DNA of 33,000 nt from Octopus bimaculoides (lineage: Eukaryota), in NCBI RefSeq assembly GCF_001194135.2, contig NC_068992.1, forward strand, positions 64,684,164-64,717,163, in the 5' to 3' direction. The position numbers and the translations under genes are program-made. How positions within the stretch are numbered: the stretch's first letter is position 1; each line of letters begins with the position of its first letter. The notes beneath the pieces are model-generated. The model saw only the letters and a list, made by a program, of their open reading frames with translations, did not search any database and had not been told where the DNA came from. Shown here one piece after another: positions 1 to 11,404 of this stretch.

Positions 1-434
1 TAATTTCTATTTTTTTCCCCCTTACATATTTCTTTCTCTCTTGGATGCCCTTTTATTTTCCTTAAAACCCGTTGAAATCCTTTTCATAGTGAATACTACT
101 ACTCGCATATCAAAGACGATGCTGCCTCCACACTACGTCTCCTTCTACTGCAACTAAATTAATGAGTTGCATACCACTTCCATTCAAGGCCATCCCGTAT
201 ACCCGTTTCTCCTCCATCTCTTATCATCTTTACTTTCTGTCTGTTTGTCTCCTCATCTCCACCCCCACCCAACACATATACCTTCATAATTTCAGAACTA
301 TTTCTTTACAGAAATGCATCTCGCTGACATTTCCTTTTCGCCAAAATTTCTTTCCTGCAAGAGTTCAAACTATGTTCAAGTAGGTCAAGGTCGCATTTAC
401 AAAAGGTCGAGGGCATCGCTCCCCACGCCCTGAA

Positions 435-590
435 TAATAATGGTTTCATATTTTAGCACATAGCCAGCAATTCGACCCCTGTGTTCAACTGGTACTTATT
501 TGACCCCGACCGATTTTGACCTTAGAACGTAACGAATCCGAAGATATATTGCAATGCATTTTGTCTAATACCCTCGCGATTGGGCTTTAT
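435..590 (-). mobile_element. SINE family A (core ..gtcgataaa(a)taagtaccagttga..), degenerate
   Basis: Reverse complement of the core at 455-510. Confidence 0.65.
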
Positions 591-640
591 AATAATAATA
601 ATAATAATAATAATAGTCTTTCATTGAAACAGACTGGTCA

Positions 641-851
641 TATGGCGAGCTAGCAGAATGGTTGGCATCCCGGACAAAATGCTTAGCAGCATTTCGTCCG
701 TCTTTAAGTTCTGCCGACGTTGACTTAGTTTTTCAATCCTTTGGGAGTCGTTAAATAAGTACCAGTTGAGAATTGAAGTCGAAGTAATCGACTATCTCCC
801 TCCCCGGGAATTTCAGACCCTGTACCTATAAGAGAAAGGATTATTATTATT
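641..851 (+). mobile_element. SINE family A, near full length with (ATT)n tail
   Basis: tRNA-like head tggcgagctagcagaatggtt.., core gtcgttaaataagtaccagttgag, tail gattattattatt. Confidence 0.75.
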
Positions 852-2374
852 AAGAATGAAAGCCCACAACCAAAGATGAAGAATTACCGAATGAATAAAA
901 AGAATTAAAAAAAAAAATTCTAGCATTGACTGATTTCCCTATATATTATTTAAAATTTATTTAGATTATATTCAATTATTTAAAAGAATAAAAAATAAAA
1001 TAAAAATACAGGAGAAAAGCAGAAATGGCCGAGAGAGAAGAGGAAATTAAACCAGACAGTTTTAGTAAATATTTACTGGTCATTATATGAAACGGGGTAG
1101 ATAATTGCAAGGTGTGTCAATTATTGGGTAGCAATTAATTAAACTGAAGGGGTGGATACAGAAAGTGCGCGCACGCACAGACACACATAAAATACATACA
1201 TATAGAAATATACACACACACACACACACATGAATTAATGTGTGTGTGTGTGTGTGTGTAAGTTTTTAACGTCATATGCAGATATATCTAAATCAAACGA
1301 AATTTAGAACTCAATGCATTTGCAATAGTTAATTCTTCAATAAGAAGACGTAAGTGATTATCGTCTTTTCTTCACTTCAACTTCATTCTTGCAGGCTAAC
1401 GAGAGAAATGACCTAACAAAAATACAAAAAAATAAAAAGGAAAACAGGGAGCTTGCCCCAGGTCACTCTGATCGAGCAGACTTGTAATCAAAAGCGCTCC
1501 AGCTATGACATCATATCCTTTTGTTTATTACGGACTACACTGTTATGTCTAAGGGAGTCCTTTTTACAGAAGGGCGTAGAGTTTGGAGGAAATTTAGTTG
1601 TTATTTCTAGCCGGTTAGGCAGCCGCATAGAAGCGCCTTCGTTGCTCTTGTAACAATGATGCGATGTGAAATGGTGTACAGTGTTAGGGGTCAGAAATAT
1701 ATCTAACATTACTGAGCTTTATATAGACTGGTACACGGCCAATGCTATATTTAGGAGATGGTGAGGCGTTCATGCGTCTTCCAATATTTAGCGAAAGCAC
1801 AAGTTTAAAATAAAATAGCAATGATAACGGTTAATCGAGGTCTCTCGGAGGAAATTCTCATGACTCCCGTGTAGATTAAAACTGTTGGACTTCAAATATG
1901 TTATATCAAGGTCTTTTCCGACACACGTTCAAATCCTGCCGAATTCGATACATGGATGATTATATTGATAACAATGTGATAGACTCAAGTGAAACCACTT
2001 GATTAAATTTTCTACTTCCTACCTCCCTCTCAGAATAAATTNNNNNNNNNNNNNNNNNNNNNNNNNNNNNNNNNNNNNNNNNNNNNNNNNNNNNNNNNNN
2101 NNNNNNNNNNNNNNNNNNNNNNNNNNNNNNNNNNNNNNNNNNNNNNNNNNNNNNNNNNNNNNNNNNNNNNNNNNNNNNNNNNNNNNNNNNNNNNNNNNNN
2201 NNNNNNNNNNNNNNNNNNNNNNNNNNNNNNNNNNNNNNNNNNNNNNNNNNNNNNNNNNNNNNNNNNNNNNNNNNNNNNNNNNNNNNNNNNNNNNNNNNNN
2301 NNNNNNNGGGTTAGGGTTAGGATCGACCACTCAAGACTAGCTAGCGCGTCCGGGACCGTGCTGCTTTAGTAGTA

Positions 2375-2377
<3 letters not shown>

Positions 2378-2413
<36 letters not shown>

Positions 2414-2452
2414 CAATAATAATAATATATATACATATATATATATATATAT
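2378..2452. repeat. (TA)n microsatellites
   Basis: Direct reading. Confidence 0.95.
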
Positions 2453-2760
2453 ATGCGTGTGCACGCGTATATATGTATGTATGTGTGCATGTAAATCTCT
2501 GGATAGGCAGGTTCTTTGTGATTTTGTCATATGAATATATATTTAACTACGTACGTATATACACACACACACATATGTAAAGGTATTTTGGATTTCTACT
2601 CGTATATGTATGTATATATACACACGAAACGTCTGTTGATATTTAAATATTATCAAATGAATCAATGAGAATAAAATAAGCTTGTCTAGATTGTAAAGGT
2701 TGTCGGTTATGAAATGGTCAGAGATTGTCTAAAAGAAGAGATAATAAATAGTGAACTGAC

Positions 2761-2869
2761 CAGTGTCGGCGTTGAGGGGCCCAGCATTCATAAATTCTAT
2801 GATGCCATCAATACTTTTTTTGTTGCCATTTAACTTCCAGTTGCCTCCAACGAAGAATTTTCGACCCAT
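2761..2869 (-). CDS. TPI1: Triosephosphate isomerase, first coding exon ([36 protein letters not shown] + phase-1 G)
   Basis: Manual translation gives the TIM N-terminal signature [13 protein letters not shown], including the catalytic Lys. ATG context is caccATGg. The exon ends at ACT G|GTCAGT, matching the first-intron position I recall for vertebrate TPI (after ..ADT). No downstream TPI exon was recognised in 1-2760. Confidence 0.95.
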
Positions 2870-2959
2870 GGTGATTGATGTCTGATGTTTCTGTCTCTTT
2901 AAAACAGCTTACAATGGGTTGAAAGGAATCAAACACTGTCTCTTAGTGCGACTGTTGCT

Positions 2960-3360
2960 GTGACAAAGAGAGGAGGAAAGAGTAAGAGAGACAGAGGGAT
3001 AGAGAGAGATACTGTTGCACGAGCAGAGAGAAGAGGAGGTAGAAGAGAGAATGAGTGAGAGATATTGTAGTGACATAGAAGGGAGGAGAAGTGCTCGAGA
3101 GGCTGTTACTCTGAGAGAGAGGAAGGTAAGAGCGAGAGGTAGTGTTTTGATAGAGAGAGAAGAAGATCGTGGTTGAAGGACAGTGCTACTATGAGAGAGA
3201 GGGAGGTAAGGGTGAGAGCTACTGTTTAGAGAGGGTAGGAGAGCGTGATTGAGAGACGCTGTTACTCAGATAGAGAGGAAGGGGATAGCATAAGAATTAA
3301 ACTAAGACAGAAAGAGAGAGAGAGAGAGTAAGAGACTATTACTGAGGCAGGAAGGGAGGT
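2960..3360. repeat. GA-rich polypurine low-complexity tract upstream of the TPI exon
   Basis: Recurring gagagagaggaagg and tactgtt blocks. Confidence 0.85.
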
Positions 3361-4013
3361 GACAAGGTCGTTTGACGTTGAACGTCCTTGACGTTCTCTC
3401 AAGGTCGATTGTATGTATGATTGTTGGTAATGTTCAACTGCAGACAGCAAAGACCTGGCTTACATTTCAGTTTAAGGTACGTCACACAAACACAGAAATT
3501 TGCAATTTGGAATTCAGAAACAAATTTTTAAAAAGACGAAAAAATAAAAAAAATAGGGTGAATATATATTAAGTATTAAATGAAAACGGTTAGAAATATT
3601 TTTAAATAAATATTTTTTACAGCAGTGATCTGTCTACTTTTTAACTAGTTTCTCGATTTTAAAAATCATTTTAGAATATCATAGAATATCCCTTTCTTTC
3701 TTTCTTACACACACACACACACACACACACAGAGGGACATAGCCAAGTACAAAACATTTAAAACTCCACCCACTGACAGACACACTCATGCATGTGTACT
3801 TGAGCATATGTGTGTGTAAGCCATCTAAGAGTACATTAGTTAGATAAAAATGCACTCTTATATCTATCAGTAGAGTAGGTATATGAATTGAAGTGTACAG
3901 TACAGCAGCAGTCCGACTTGCAAGGAAAGAACGCCATAATGCTGAACAGGAATGCAAAATGCACAAATCAGAGATCAACAGGATAAAGTGCAATAGATCA
4001 TCCAACCATCTCA

Positions 4014-4594
4014 TTTATTTGAATGGATCTTTTTTAAAACGGGGGCCACATTTTTCATTAACGAAACACTTTGAAACTTGGAACACTGGTAGAATGTGTC
4101 ATATAAAACATCTTTTTCTCTTAGTCTTCTTTAAAAAAAAAGAAATCCCTAAGTTATTCCATGTTAAAGTTGTCGTAGTTCTGTAATTTCAACCGATCAC
4201 TGACGTCCATTCAGCCGATATACATTAAGTGCCGACTACATAAACAAACGATTCAGAAACAATTCTATCGGTGATAGGGTTAGGGTTAGGGTAAAACAGC
4301 AAATTTAAAAAGAAAAAAGAAAAACGAAGCTATGGAAATTAAATACGCTTTACACCACTTAATCAGCCAAAGGAGTAAATATAAACAACTGAATACTTGT
4401 CAGTGATTGGTTGAAATTATCGAAATAAGACAATTTTTTACATGAAATAAATTCGAATACAAAAATATTTTTCTGTTCTATAACACAAAATAGATAAGTA
4501 TACGAAGTTTGAAAGTCTTTCGGTACCAAAAACACTACGTAAAACATTAATGAAAAATGTGGCCCCCGTTTTAAAAAAGATCCATTTGAATAAA
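4014..4594. mobile_element. Inverted-repeat-bounded element (48-bp arms 4014-4061 and 4547-4594) with internal TTAGGG repeats
   Basis: The arms match at 46 of 48 positions (tttatt[tg/ca]aatggatcttttttaaaacgggggccacatttttcattaa). AGGGTTAGGGTTAGGGT lies at ~4275-4292. Confidence 0.75.
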
Positions 4595-5650
4595 ACGAAC
4601 TGTCCGATGAAGAATTAAATTTTAAATATAATGAAAAAACTGTAAAGTTTTGTAATTAGGGGCGGGGTACCTTATTAATAAAGATGCTACGTTCCGTTCG
4701 TCGGACAGTTTTGGTTGAGAATGGAACAAAATAAGGTTATATGCTTAAATATACAATTTCTTCGATAGATACGCATTTAAAAATGGTTTTGTTTCATTGG
4801 CCTTTTCAATAACCAGTTATATGAAATTACAATTACGGTTTAAAATCATATTATTATACAAATCGAAGAAAACCTTAAATGAAAAGAATAGCTTCAGGAG
4901 AAGGGAAAAAACCCCTGTATACTCGGGGAAGATTAATTAATGGTAAAAAAATAATATATTTATATAAATGAAAAGATACGTCCGTTTAAAATAAAAAAAA
5001 GATTTACAAAGAACTAACATCATAAAAATACATATACATTTAGTAATATATACACACACCAAAAAACCTATATATACATATCTACATACACTAAACAGAT
5101 GTTGGTACATGGCTGCATACATATATATGTATATCTAAAGGAGATCACTAGGTGGACGGTTAATGTGCTAGAAAAAGATCACATGTAATGCGTCTTCTAA
5201 GACCGAATTGTTCTCAAGCAACAAACGTATGCGGGCAAGACAAGTGAAACTTACATAGATACATACGATATTATCCATATACATAAATAAGTATCTACGT
5301 ACATGTATACACGCACCATAATACTTCTCCGTGTGTATCAAATTTTCTACCTAGTTGTAACAGACTAGAGAAAGAAAATGTAAAGAAAATCAGAATAATA
5401 AGAGGTGAAAGAAAGAAAAAGGAAATAAGAAGCGGTGAAAGAAAGGGAAAGAGAAATAGAGAGAAATGATTTGGAAGTTCGCGTTCGTAAAAGTATTTAA
5501 CAAATTCGGTAAACTTGAAAACGCACACATATAGAACGACATGCATATCTACATACATACAAAAGTAATACACATCTTCACATCAAAATAAATATATACA
5601 TCATAACGTATATACGCAAACAAATCTATTTAATAACTGGTATACAGAAT

Positions 5651-5836
5651 ATTTCTTTATTGCCCACAGGCGGCTAAACGCAGAAGGGACAAACAAGGAC
5701 AGACAAAGGGATGAAAGTCGATTACATCGACTCCAGTGACTGACTGGTACATATTTAATCGACCCCGAAAGGATGAAAGGCAAAGCCGCGACGTCAGTGG
5801 AATTTGAACTCAGAACGTAACGGCAGACGAAATACC
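5651..5836 (-). mobile_element. SINE family A variant
   Basis: Reverse complement has the B-box gttctgagttcaaattcc, the core ggggtcgattaaatatgtaccag and a gggcaataaagaaat tail. Confidence 0.75.
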
Positions 5837-6108
5837 GATTTCTTTATTAGGCTTAAAGCCCTAAAAACACAGATGCGGACACCACAAGGACAGACAAAAC
5901 CACAGTGGGGCAAAAAACATAACGAATGTAAATGGGATGAAATTATATAATAATGAAACAAATGAAAATGACCACACGGGCCCCACTCCCATGCAGTACC
6001 ATTTGAACCATTATATGCACTATCTACAATTGTTCTTTTTTTTCTTCTTACTTTATCACCATTATTTTCCGAAAAATAACATCATTTAACATACATTATT
6101 TTTCTCTA

Positions 6109-6324
6109 TTAGTAGAACTTCATCAGTGGTTCAATATCACTCAGATTCCCTACTGGTGGCAACTCCTTGAATTCTACCTCCACTCCTGGTGGGTGAACCC
6201 TGTCTCCACACATCTCTTTCAACTTTCTGTAGTTCTCTTCTTCTTCTATCAGTTTTGCCTTCATATCCTCTGCGTAGACGTATGAAGGCACCTTCACTCT
6301 TACTATTGAATCCGACTTAATCTG
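6109..6324 (-). CDS. Unassigned coding-like fragment (..IKSDSIVRVKVPSYVYAEDMKAKLIEEEENYRKLKEMCGDRVHPPGVEVEFKELPPVGNLSDIEPLMKFY*)
   Basis: Protein-like composition and higher GC than the flanks, ending in a stop. No convincing splice acceptor or start; it abuts a CR1/L2 RT remnant. Confidence 0.4.
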   Translation of the reverse strand, partial: QIKSDSIVRVKVPSYVYAEDMKAKLIEEEENYRKLKEMCGDRVHPPGVEVEFKELPPVGNLSDIEPLMKFY

Positions 6325-6329
6325 TTTTT

Positions 6330-6960
6330 ACATCTTAAATCCTACTAACGTTAGAAGTCAATTTATAAATACTTTTTACTCTTCATTTTTTCTGCTCCTC
6401 GTCACACTACCTAATCATTCTTCAGCAACTTCCGAATCATGTCTAGATCAAATAGGAGTCCCCCAGGGGTCCATACTGGGCCCATTACTGTTCCTTATCT
6501 ATATAAATGATAATATTTGCATTTCTACTAATTTATTAAATTTTCTACATTTCGCTGATGACTTTACTATTTTTATTAGTCACCATGACCTTCCCTCCCT
6601 ATTCAATACAATTAATTCAGAACTGGACAAGGTTTATCTATGGCTTATCACTAATTGGCTTACCCTTAATATAAAAAAATTACCTGCTACATGCTTCTCT
6701 CCACAAAGTCCAAACAGCTTCATCCTAATGTCTTCATCACAGGTAAAGCAATTTCACATGTAACAGCCACAAAATTTCTCAGCATTCATATTGATGAGTT
6801 CCTCAGTTTCAAAACACATATAAGCAATTTATTAAAACAAAATACCCGTACTCTTGGTATGTTAATTAGAATTTCTTACCTTCGTCCTGAAAATGTTAGA
6901 ATCATTCTTTACTATACTCAAAATTCTCTTACTCTGTTGCTGCCAGACTTAAAGAGATTT
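6330..6960 (+). mobile_element. CR1/L2-type LINE reverse-transcriptase remnant (frameshifted)
   Basis: GVPQGSILGPLLFLIYIND...FADD, then NSELDKVYLWL..NWLTLNIKK and TKFLSIHIDEFLSFKTHI across frameshifts. Confidence 0.88.
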
Positions 6961-7646
6961 ACTTTTTATATACCTTTATGATTACCTTGCTTGCATGCAA
7001 AGGATATATCTTTTTTGTTTGTTTTTTTTTATACAATTATTGACCTTTCTATTTTTTGACCTCCTACCAAATTGCCCAAACCAGCCAGGCTGCCAAAGTG
7101 CTTAATCTGGTTNNNNNNNNNNNNNNNNNNNNNNNNNNNNNNNNNNNNNNNNNNNNNNNNNNNNNNNNNNNNNNNNNNNNNNNNNNNNNNNNNNNNNNNN
7201 NNNNNNNNNNNNNNNNNNNNNNNNNNNNNNNNNNNNNNNNNNNNNNNNNNNNNNNNNNNNNNNNNNNNNNNNNNNNNNNNNNNNNNNNNNNNNNNNNNNN
7301 NNNNNNNNNNNNNNNNNNNNNNNNNNNNNNNNNNNNNNNNNNNNNNNNNNNNNNNNNNNNNNNNNNNNNNNNNNNNNNNNNNNNNNNNNNNNNNNNNNNN
7401 NNNNNNNNNNNNNNNNNNNNNNNNNNNNNNNNNNNNNNNNNNNNNNNNNNNNNNNNNNNNNNNNNNNNNNNNNNNNNNNNNNNNNNNNNNNNNNNNNNNN
7501 NNNNNNNNNNNNNNNNNNNNNNNNNNNNGTTGTGTCGCTGAATTTTTACTGAGAACATATATTTTTTTCATGGTTAGATGATTCGGCATCTATTTCTAGC
7601 ATATAGGAGTCCACTTTTGCTGGTCATCCCTCTTATTTTTGTATGT

Positions 7647-7689
<43 letters not shown>

Positions 7690-7744
7690 ATATGGGCGAG
7701 GGTGAGTTTGTGCGTGTGTACAGAAGAGGCTTCCTCAAATGTCT

Positions 7745-7890
7745 GGGGAATTCTTAGATGCAGTAGATAACATCTGTTACCTAGGTACCCAAATTAGCAA
7801 TGAAGGAGGATGTTCTGAAAGCCTACCGGCTAGAATAAGAATAGGCGGGGCAAAGTTCAGGTAAATACTACCTTTGTTTGTCACAAGGGG
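7745..7890 (+). mobile_element. RTE LINE internal fragment
   Basis: Degenerate VDNICYLGTQISNEGGCSESL.ARIRIG.AKF, which overlaps the 5' end of the copy at 28421. Confidence 0.7.
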
Positions 7891-8157
7891 GTAGGAGAAT
7901 ATCACATATATCCACACATACAAACACTTTGGTAATGTTCTCTTTATTATATTTTTAACAAACACATATAAGAATACAGTTTAACACACAAACACACACA
8001 AAGGAAATAATATGAGAGTAAAAATAAATAATATATAAGTTTTTACCTGATACAGCACATGACGATGGTGGCGATCAAGACTAATATGATGACAACAAGT
8101 AGGCCAATAACTAAAGAAGAAAAGAATAAGACACTCAGTCAAACATTATTTTATATA

Positions 8158-9006
8158 CGAGGGGGTAGAAAGGGTACCCAAAAGAAACCGGAACTTTGCA
8201 ATATTATTTTATTCACTTAGTTTTACATGTTTACATTTTTATCACCCTCAAGGTAATTTTCCATTTCAAGCAATGCACCAGTCCAGACGCAGTCCTGGAA
8301 CTCTTCTAAAGTGAAGCCTTTTAATACCTCTGTCGTTTTTTTCTTCACCTCTTCCGCATCTGCAAAATTCTGTAGCACCAGCTTTCATCACCAGTGATGA
8401 ACTTTGGAAAAAGGTCCAGATCAACTTGCAACTTTTCTTTCAGTTGATGACATTCATTCAGTTGTGACTTCTTTTGATCTTCTCTGAGCAAGTGAGGCAC
8501 AAAGTTTGCTGCAACTCTTTTCATTCTTAATTCCTCACTCAAAATTTGTTGACAGCAGCTTCAGAACACACCAGTTATATCAAAAAGTTTGTCACTTGTT
8601 TGGTGCCTGTCCTCTAAGATCAGTTCATGAATTTTCAGGGATGTTCTCATTCATTCAAGAGGTTGACAGTCACCGTGAACAAGGTTGCTCTTCAAGTGAC
8701 AAGTGACCATTCTTAAAGCATGGAAACCACTTGTAAACTTATGTTTTGCTCATGGCAGTGTCCTTGTAAGCTGTTTTAAGCATGACAACAGTTTTGGCTG
8801 CCGTTTTCCCCAGTAGAAATCGATGAATAGGAGAGAAGCACTGCAAAACAAAGATGCACCACAGTGCAGTAAGACCTCACTCAATGACACCATTTGGCAG
8901 ACTGATGCCTGAGGATCACATCAAGTGACTTGTAGTGACAGAAGCCTGAATTACAATGAATTTGTCCTACAGAGAGTATTTCCGGTTTCTTTTGGGTACC
9001 TCCTCA
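8158..9006 (-). mobile_element. Internally deleted, decayed mariner (Tc1/mariner) transposon
   Basis: TIR core GGTACCCAAAAGAAACCGGAA at both ends (left copy has a ~9-bp insertion) and TA on both flanks (8156-57, 9007-08). Transposase remnants: MKRVAANFVPHLL..KFITGDESWCY and a C-terminal EEVKKKTTEVLKGFTLEEFQ..YLEGD. The middle of the catalytic domain is missing. Confidence 0.92.
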
Positions 9007-10942
9007 TATAGTTAACTGAAAGCTAAGATATTTAATGTAATAGTCAAAACCAAATCGATCATCATTCAAAATTACTAATGTGATTAAAAAAATTAATTAG
9101 TTTTATGATAAATGCTGTCAAAATTGAGAGAGACAATTGCAAGAATAAAATGGACAAAAAAATTGGAGAAATGCCATAGGAAAAGAGTCGGGTAAGTTTG
9201 GGTGATAACTCTAGATATGTTCCGTTCTTATTAGACCTCTTCATTGCACTATGACACAATACCATGAGAAAATGTACAAACTTTGCTTACATTCATTTGG
9301 AGGGAAATGAGGAAGTCTCTAAAAAAAGAAGGAGAAAACTGTAAGGCCTTCTCCTATCATTCACTTGTTTTCTATCACAGAATTATTACATGACTTGGAA
9401 AAATTTCAATATGATTTTCAAAGTTCATAATGACAAATTTATTTCGCTAAATTCTTCATTATTTTCAAAGTAGATTTGAACAAAGAAGATTTTTTGGATA
9501 GAAATATTATAAGATTAGTGTTAAACTCATTCATACATTCTTGGTACAGTTATTAAACTGTCAATCAAATTTAGACTTGAATTTCAATAAAAGATTCCTT
9601 ACTGTTATAAAAATCTTGTCTGAGAGGCATTAGCTAACATCCATAGCTNNNNNNNNNNNNNNNNNNNNNNNNNNNNNNNNNNNNNNNNNNNNNNNNNNNN
9701 NNNNNNNNNNNNNNNNNNNNNNNNNNNNNNNNNNNNNNNNNNNNNNNNNNNNNNNNNNNNNNNNNNNNNNNNNNNNNNNNNNNNNNNNNNNNNNNNNNNN
9801 NNNNNNNNNNNNNNNNNNNNNNNNNNNNNNNNNNNNNNNNNNNNNNNNNNNNNNNNNNNNNNNNNNNNNNNNNNNNNNNNNNNNNNNNNNNNNNNNNNNN
9901 NNNNNNNNNNNNNNNNNNNNNNNNNNNNNNNNNNNNNNNNNNNNNNNNNNNNNNNNNNNNNNNNNNNNNNNNNNNNNNNNNNNNNNNNNNNNNNNNNNNN
10001 NNNNNNNNNNNNNNNNNNNNNNNNNNNNNNNNNNNNNNNNNNNNNNNNNNNNNNNNNNNNNNNNNNNNNNNNNNNNAAAAAAAAAAAAAAAAAAAATATC
10101 TGTGAAATACTGAAACATTATTATTGACTTGGAAAGACCGATGCTGTTTCTCCATGAACTTGGTGGCACCATTCAATCAAGAAGAAATTCTTGGACAAAA
10201 GACATAGCTAGCTGATGACAAGATCAAATGATGAATAGATATCATCATCACCATCACCAACACCATCATCATCATCATCATTTGGATGTTCCCTTTTTCC
10301 ATACTTGCACCAGCTGAGTAATGGTACAGCTTTCTATTTAACTCCAGCTGTCATGTCCTGAATATATCGATGAGTCCAAGAGTCAAAAGGAGTCTACATT
10401 TTCTTAGGACTTCATCAACACTGAAAATGGTTAATTAATGAAATCATGGTATCTGTTACCACGAGCTATTTGTATATGGGTGACAGTTGGCTCGTTAACC
10501 ATTTACCATCTTTCCTCAGACATATTGCAATGGAATGACTGGAATAAATATTCTTTTCAGTCTAATAAAAAGACAGAACACCAAGAAAACAATGACATGA
10601 AGAACTCCAACTTGCTTTAAAGAATTTTTTACCATTTCCTTCCTGAAAAGTTGTTTTCTAAATGAAAAATACCAGCTCCACCTCAATATTCACAAAAGAT
10701 TTTTCTCCGCCAAGAAAATGAAATAGAATTTCTATCACTATACTTCTTCCCTCATTATAGCACAATTCTTTTACTTGCTTCAATCATTGGACTGCAGCCA
10801 TGCGGGAGTACTGCCTTGAAAGCTTAAAATGAAGAAATGAAGCCCAGTTGTGAACACATGGGGCAAGTCAAGGTGTGGGAAAGAAACAGTAGGACACACA
10901 CACACACAAATGCAAGCTTAAAGATTTTAAAATCATTTTAAC

Positions 10943-11019
10943 TTATGAAACATGACAGTTTGTTCTGCCACTCTCCCACCCCACACACCATCCACTATGA
11001 ATCTTAAATATTCCATCAC
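10943..11019 (-). CDS. Secreted four-repeat protein, probable last coding exon (GDGIFKIHSGWCVGWESGRTNCHVS*)
   Basis: Acceptor ctttccattgcagagtttcag, phase-1 compatible, TAA at 10943-10945. With it the chained CDS is 1377 nt (458 aa + stop). Confidence 0.62.
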
Positions 11020-11304
11020 CTGAAACTCTGCAATGGAAAGTTCAAATGATTTTATCCTGGATTCTGGGACATTATCAAAGAATTCACTTCCTAACTGGAT
11101 TTCTTCTCAGTTGGCTGTTCACTACATTATACACCCAACCATTTTATGTTTGTGTATATGTGATGTTTGTGTATATGTGATGAAAATATGTGTGTATGTC
11201 TGTCTCTGTATGTGTGCATGTGTGCCTTCATTTCTACTGATGTTGATGTCTGACATTTAAAATTCACAATATTTAAACAAGACATGTTCCCGTATACCGC
11301 ATAC

Positions 11305-11404
11305 CTTCTGTTATTAGACTAAATTCTATCACCATGTGATTCTCAGTTCCGCTTTCTTTTGTTGCTTTGAATTTATACACTGACTCACCATGCTTCAAAC
11401 TTAT
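11305..11404 (-). CDS. Secreted four-repeat protein, exon 9 (ISLKHGESVYKFKATKESGTENHMVIEFSLITE), phase 0->1
   Basis: Acceptor ctatcatttcag, donor G|GTATGC, 100 nt; same I-x-L...E-x-Y pattern as exons 5 and 7. Confidence 0.82.

Noticed and set aside
1999-2340. ORFs spanning N-runs (also 7029-7589, 9630-10176, 22017-23103, 25718-26575, 30222-30575, 31980-32413)
   Set aside because: Artefacts of translating assembly gaps.
5651-5848. ATTTCTTTATT at both ends of a SINE as a target-site duplication
   Set aside because: The motif is also the family's own 3' tail, so it cannot be distinguished from a second truncated copy.
9062-9310. Hydrophobic ORF as a possible transmembrane or GPI last exon, and a 28-nt micro-exon candidate
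   Set aside because: No phase-compatible acceptor; there is an in-frame stop just upstream of the ORF.
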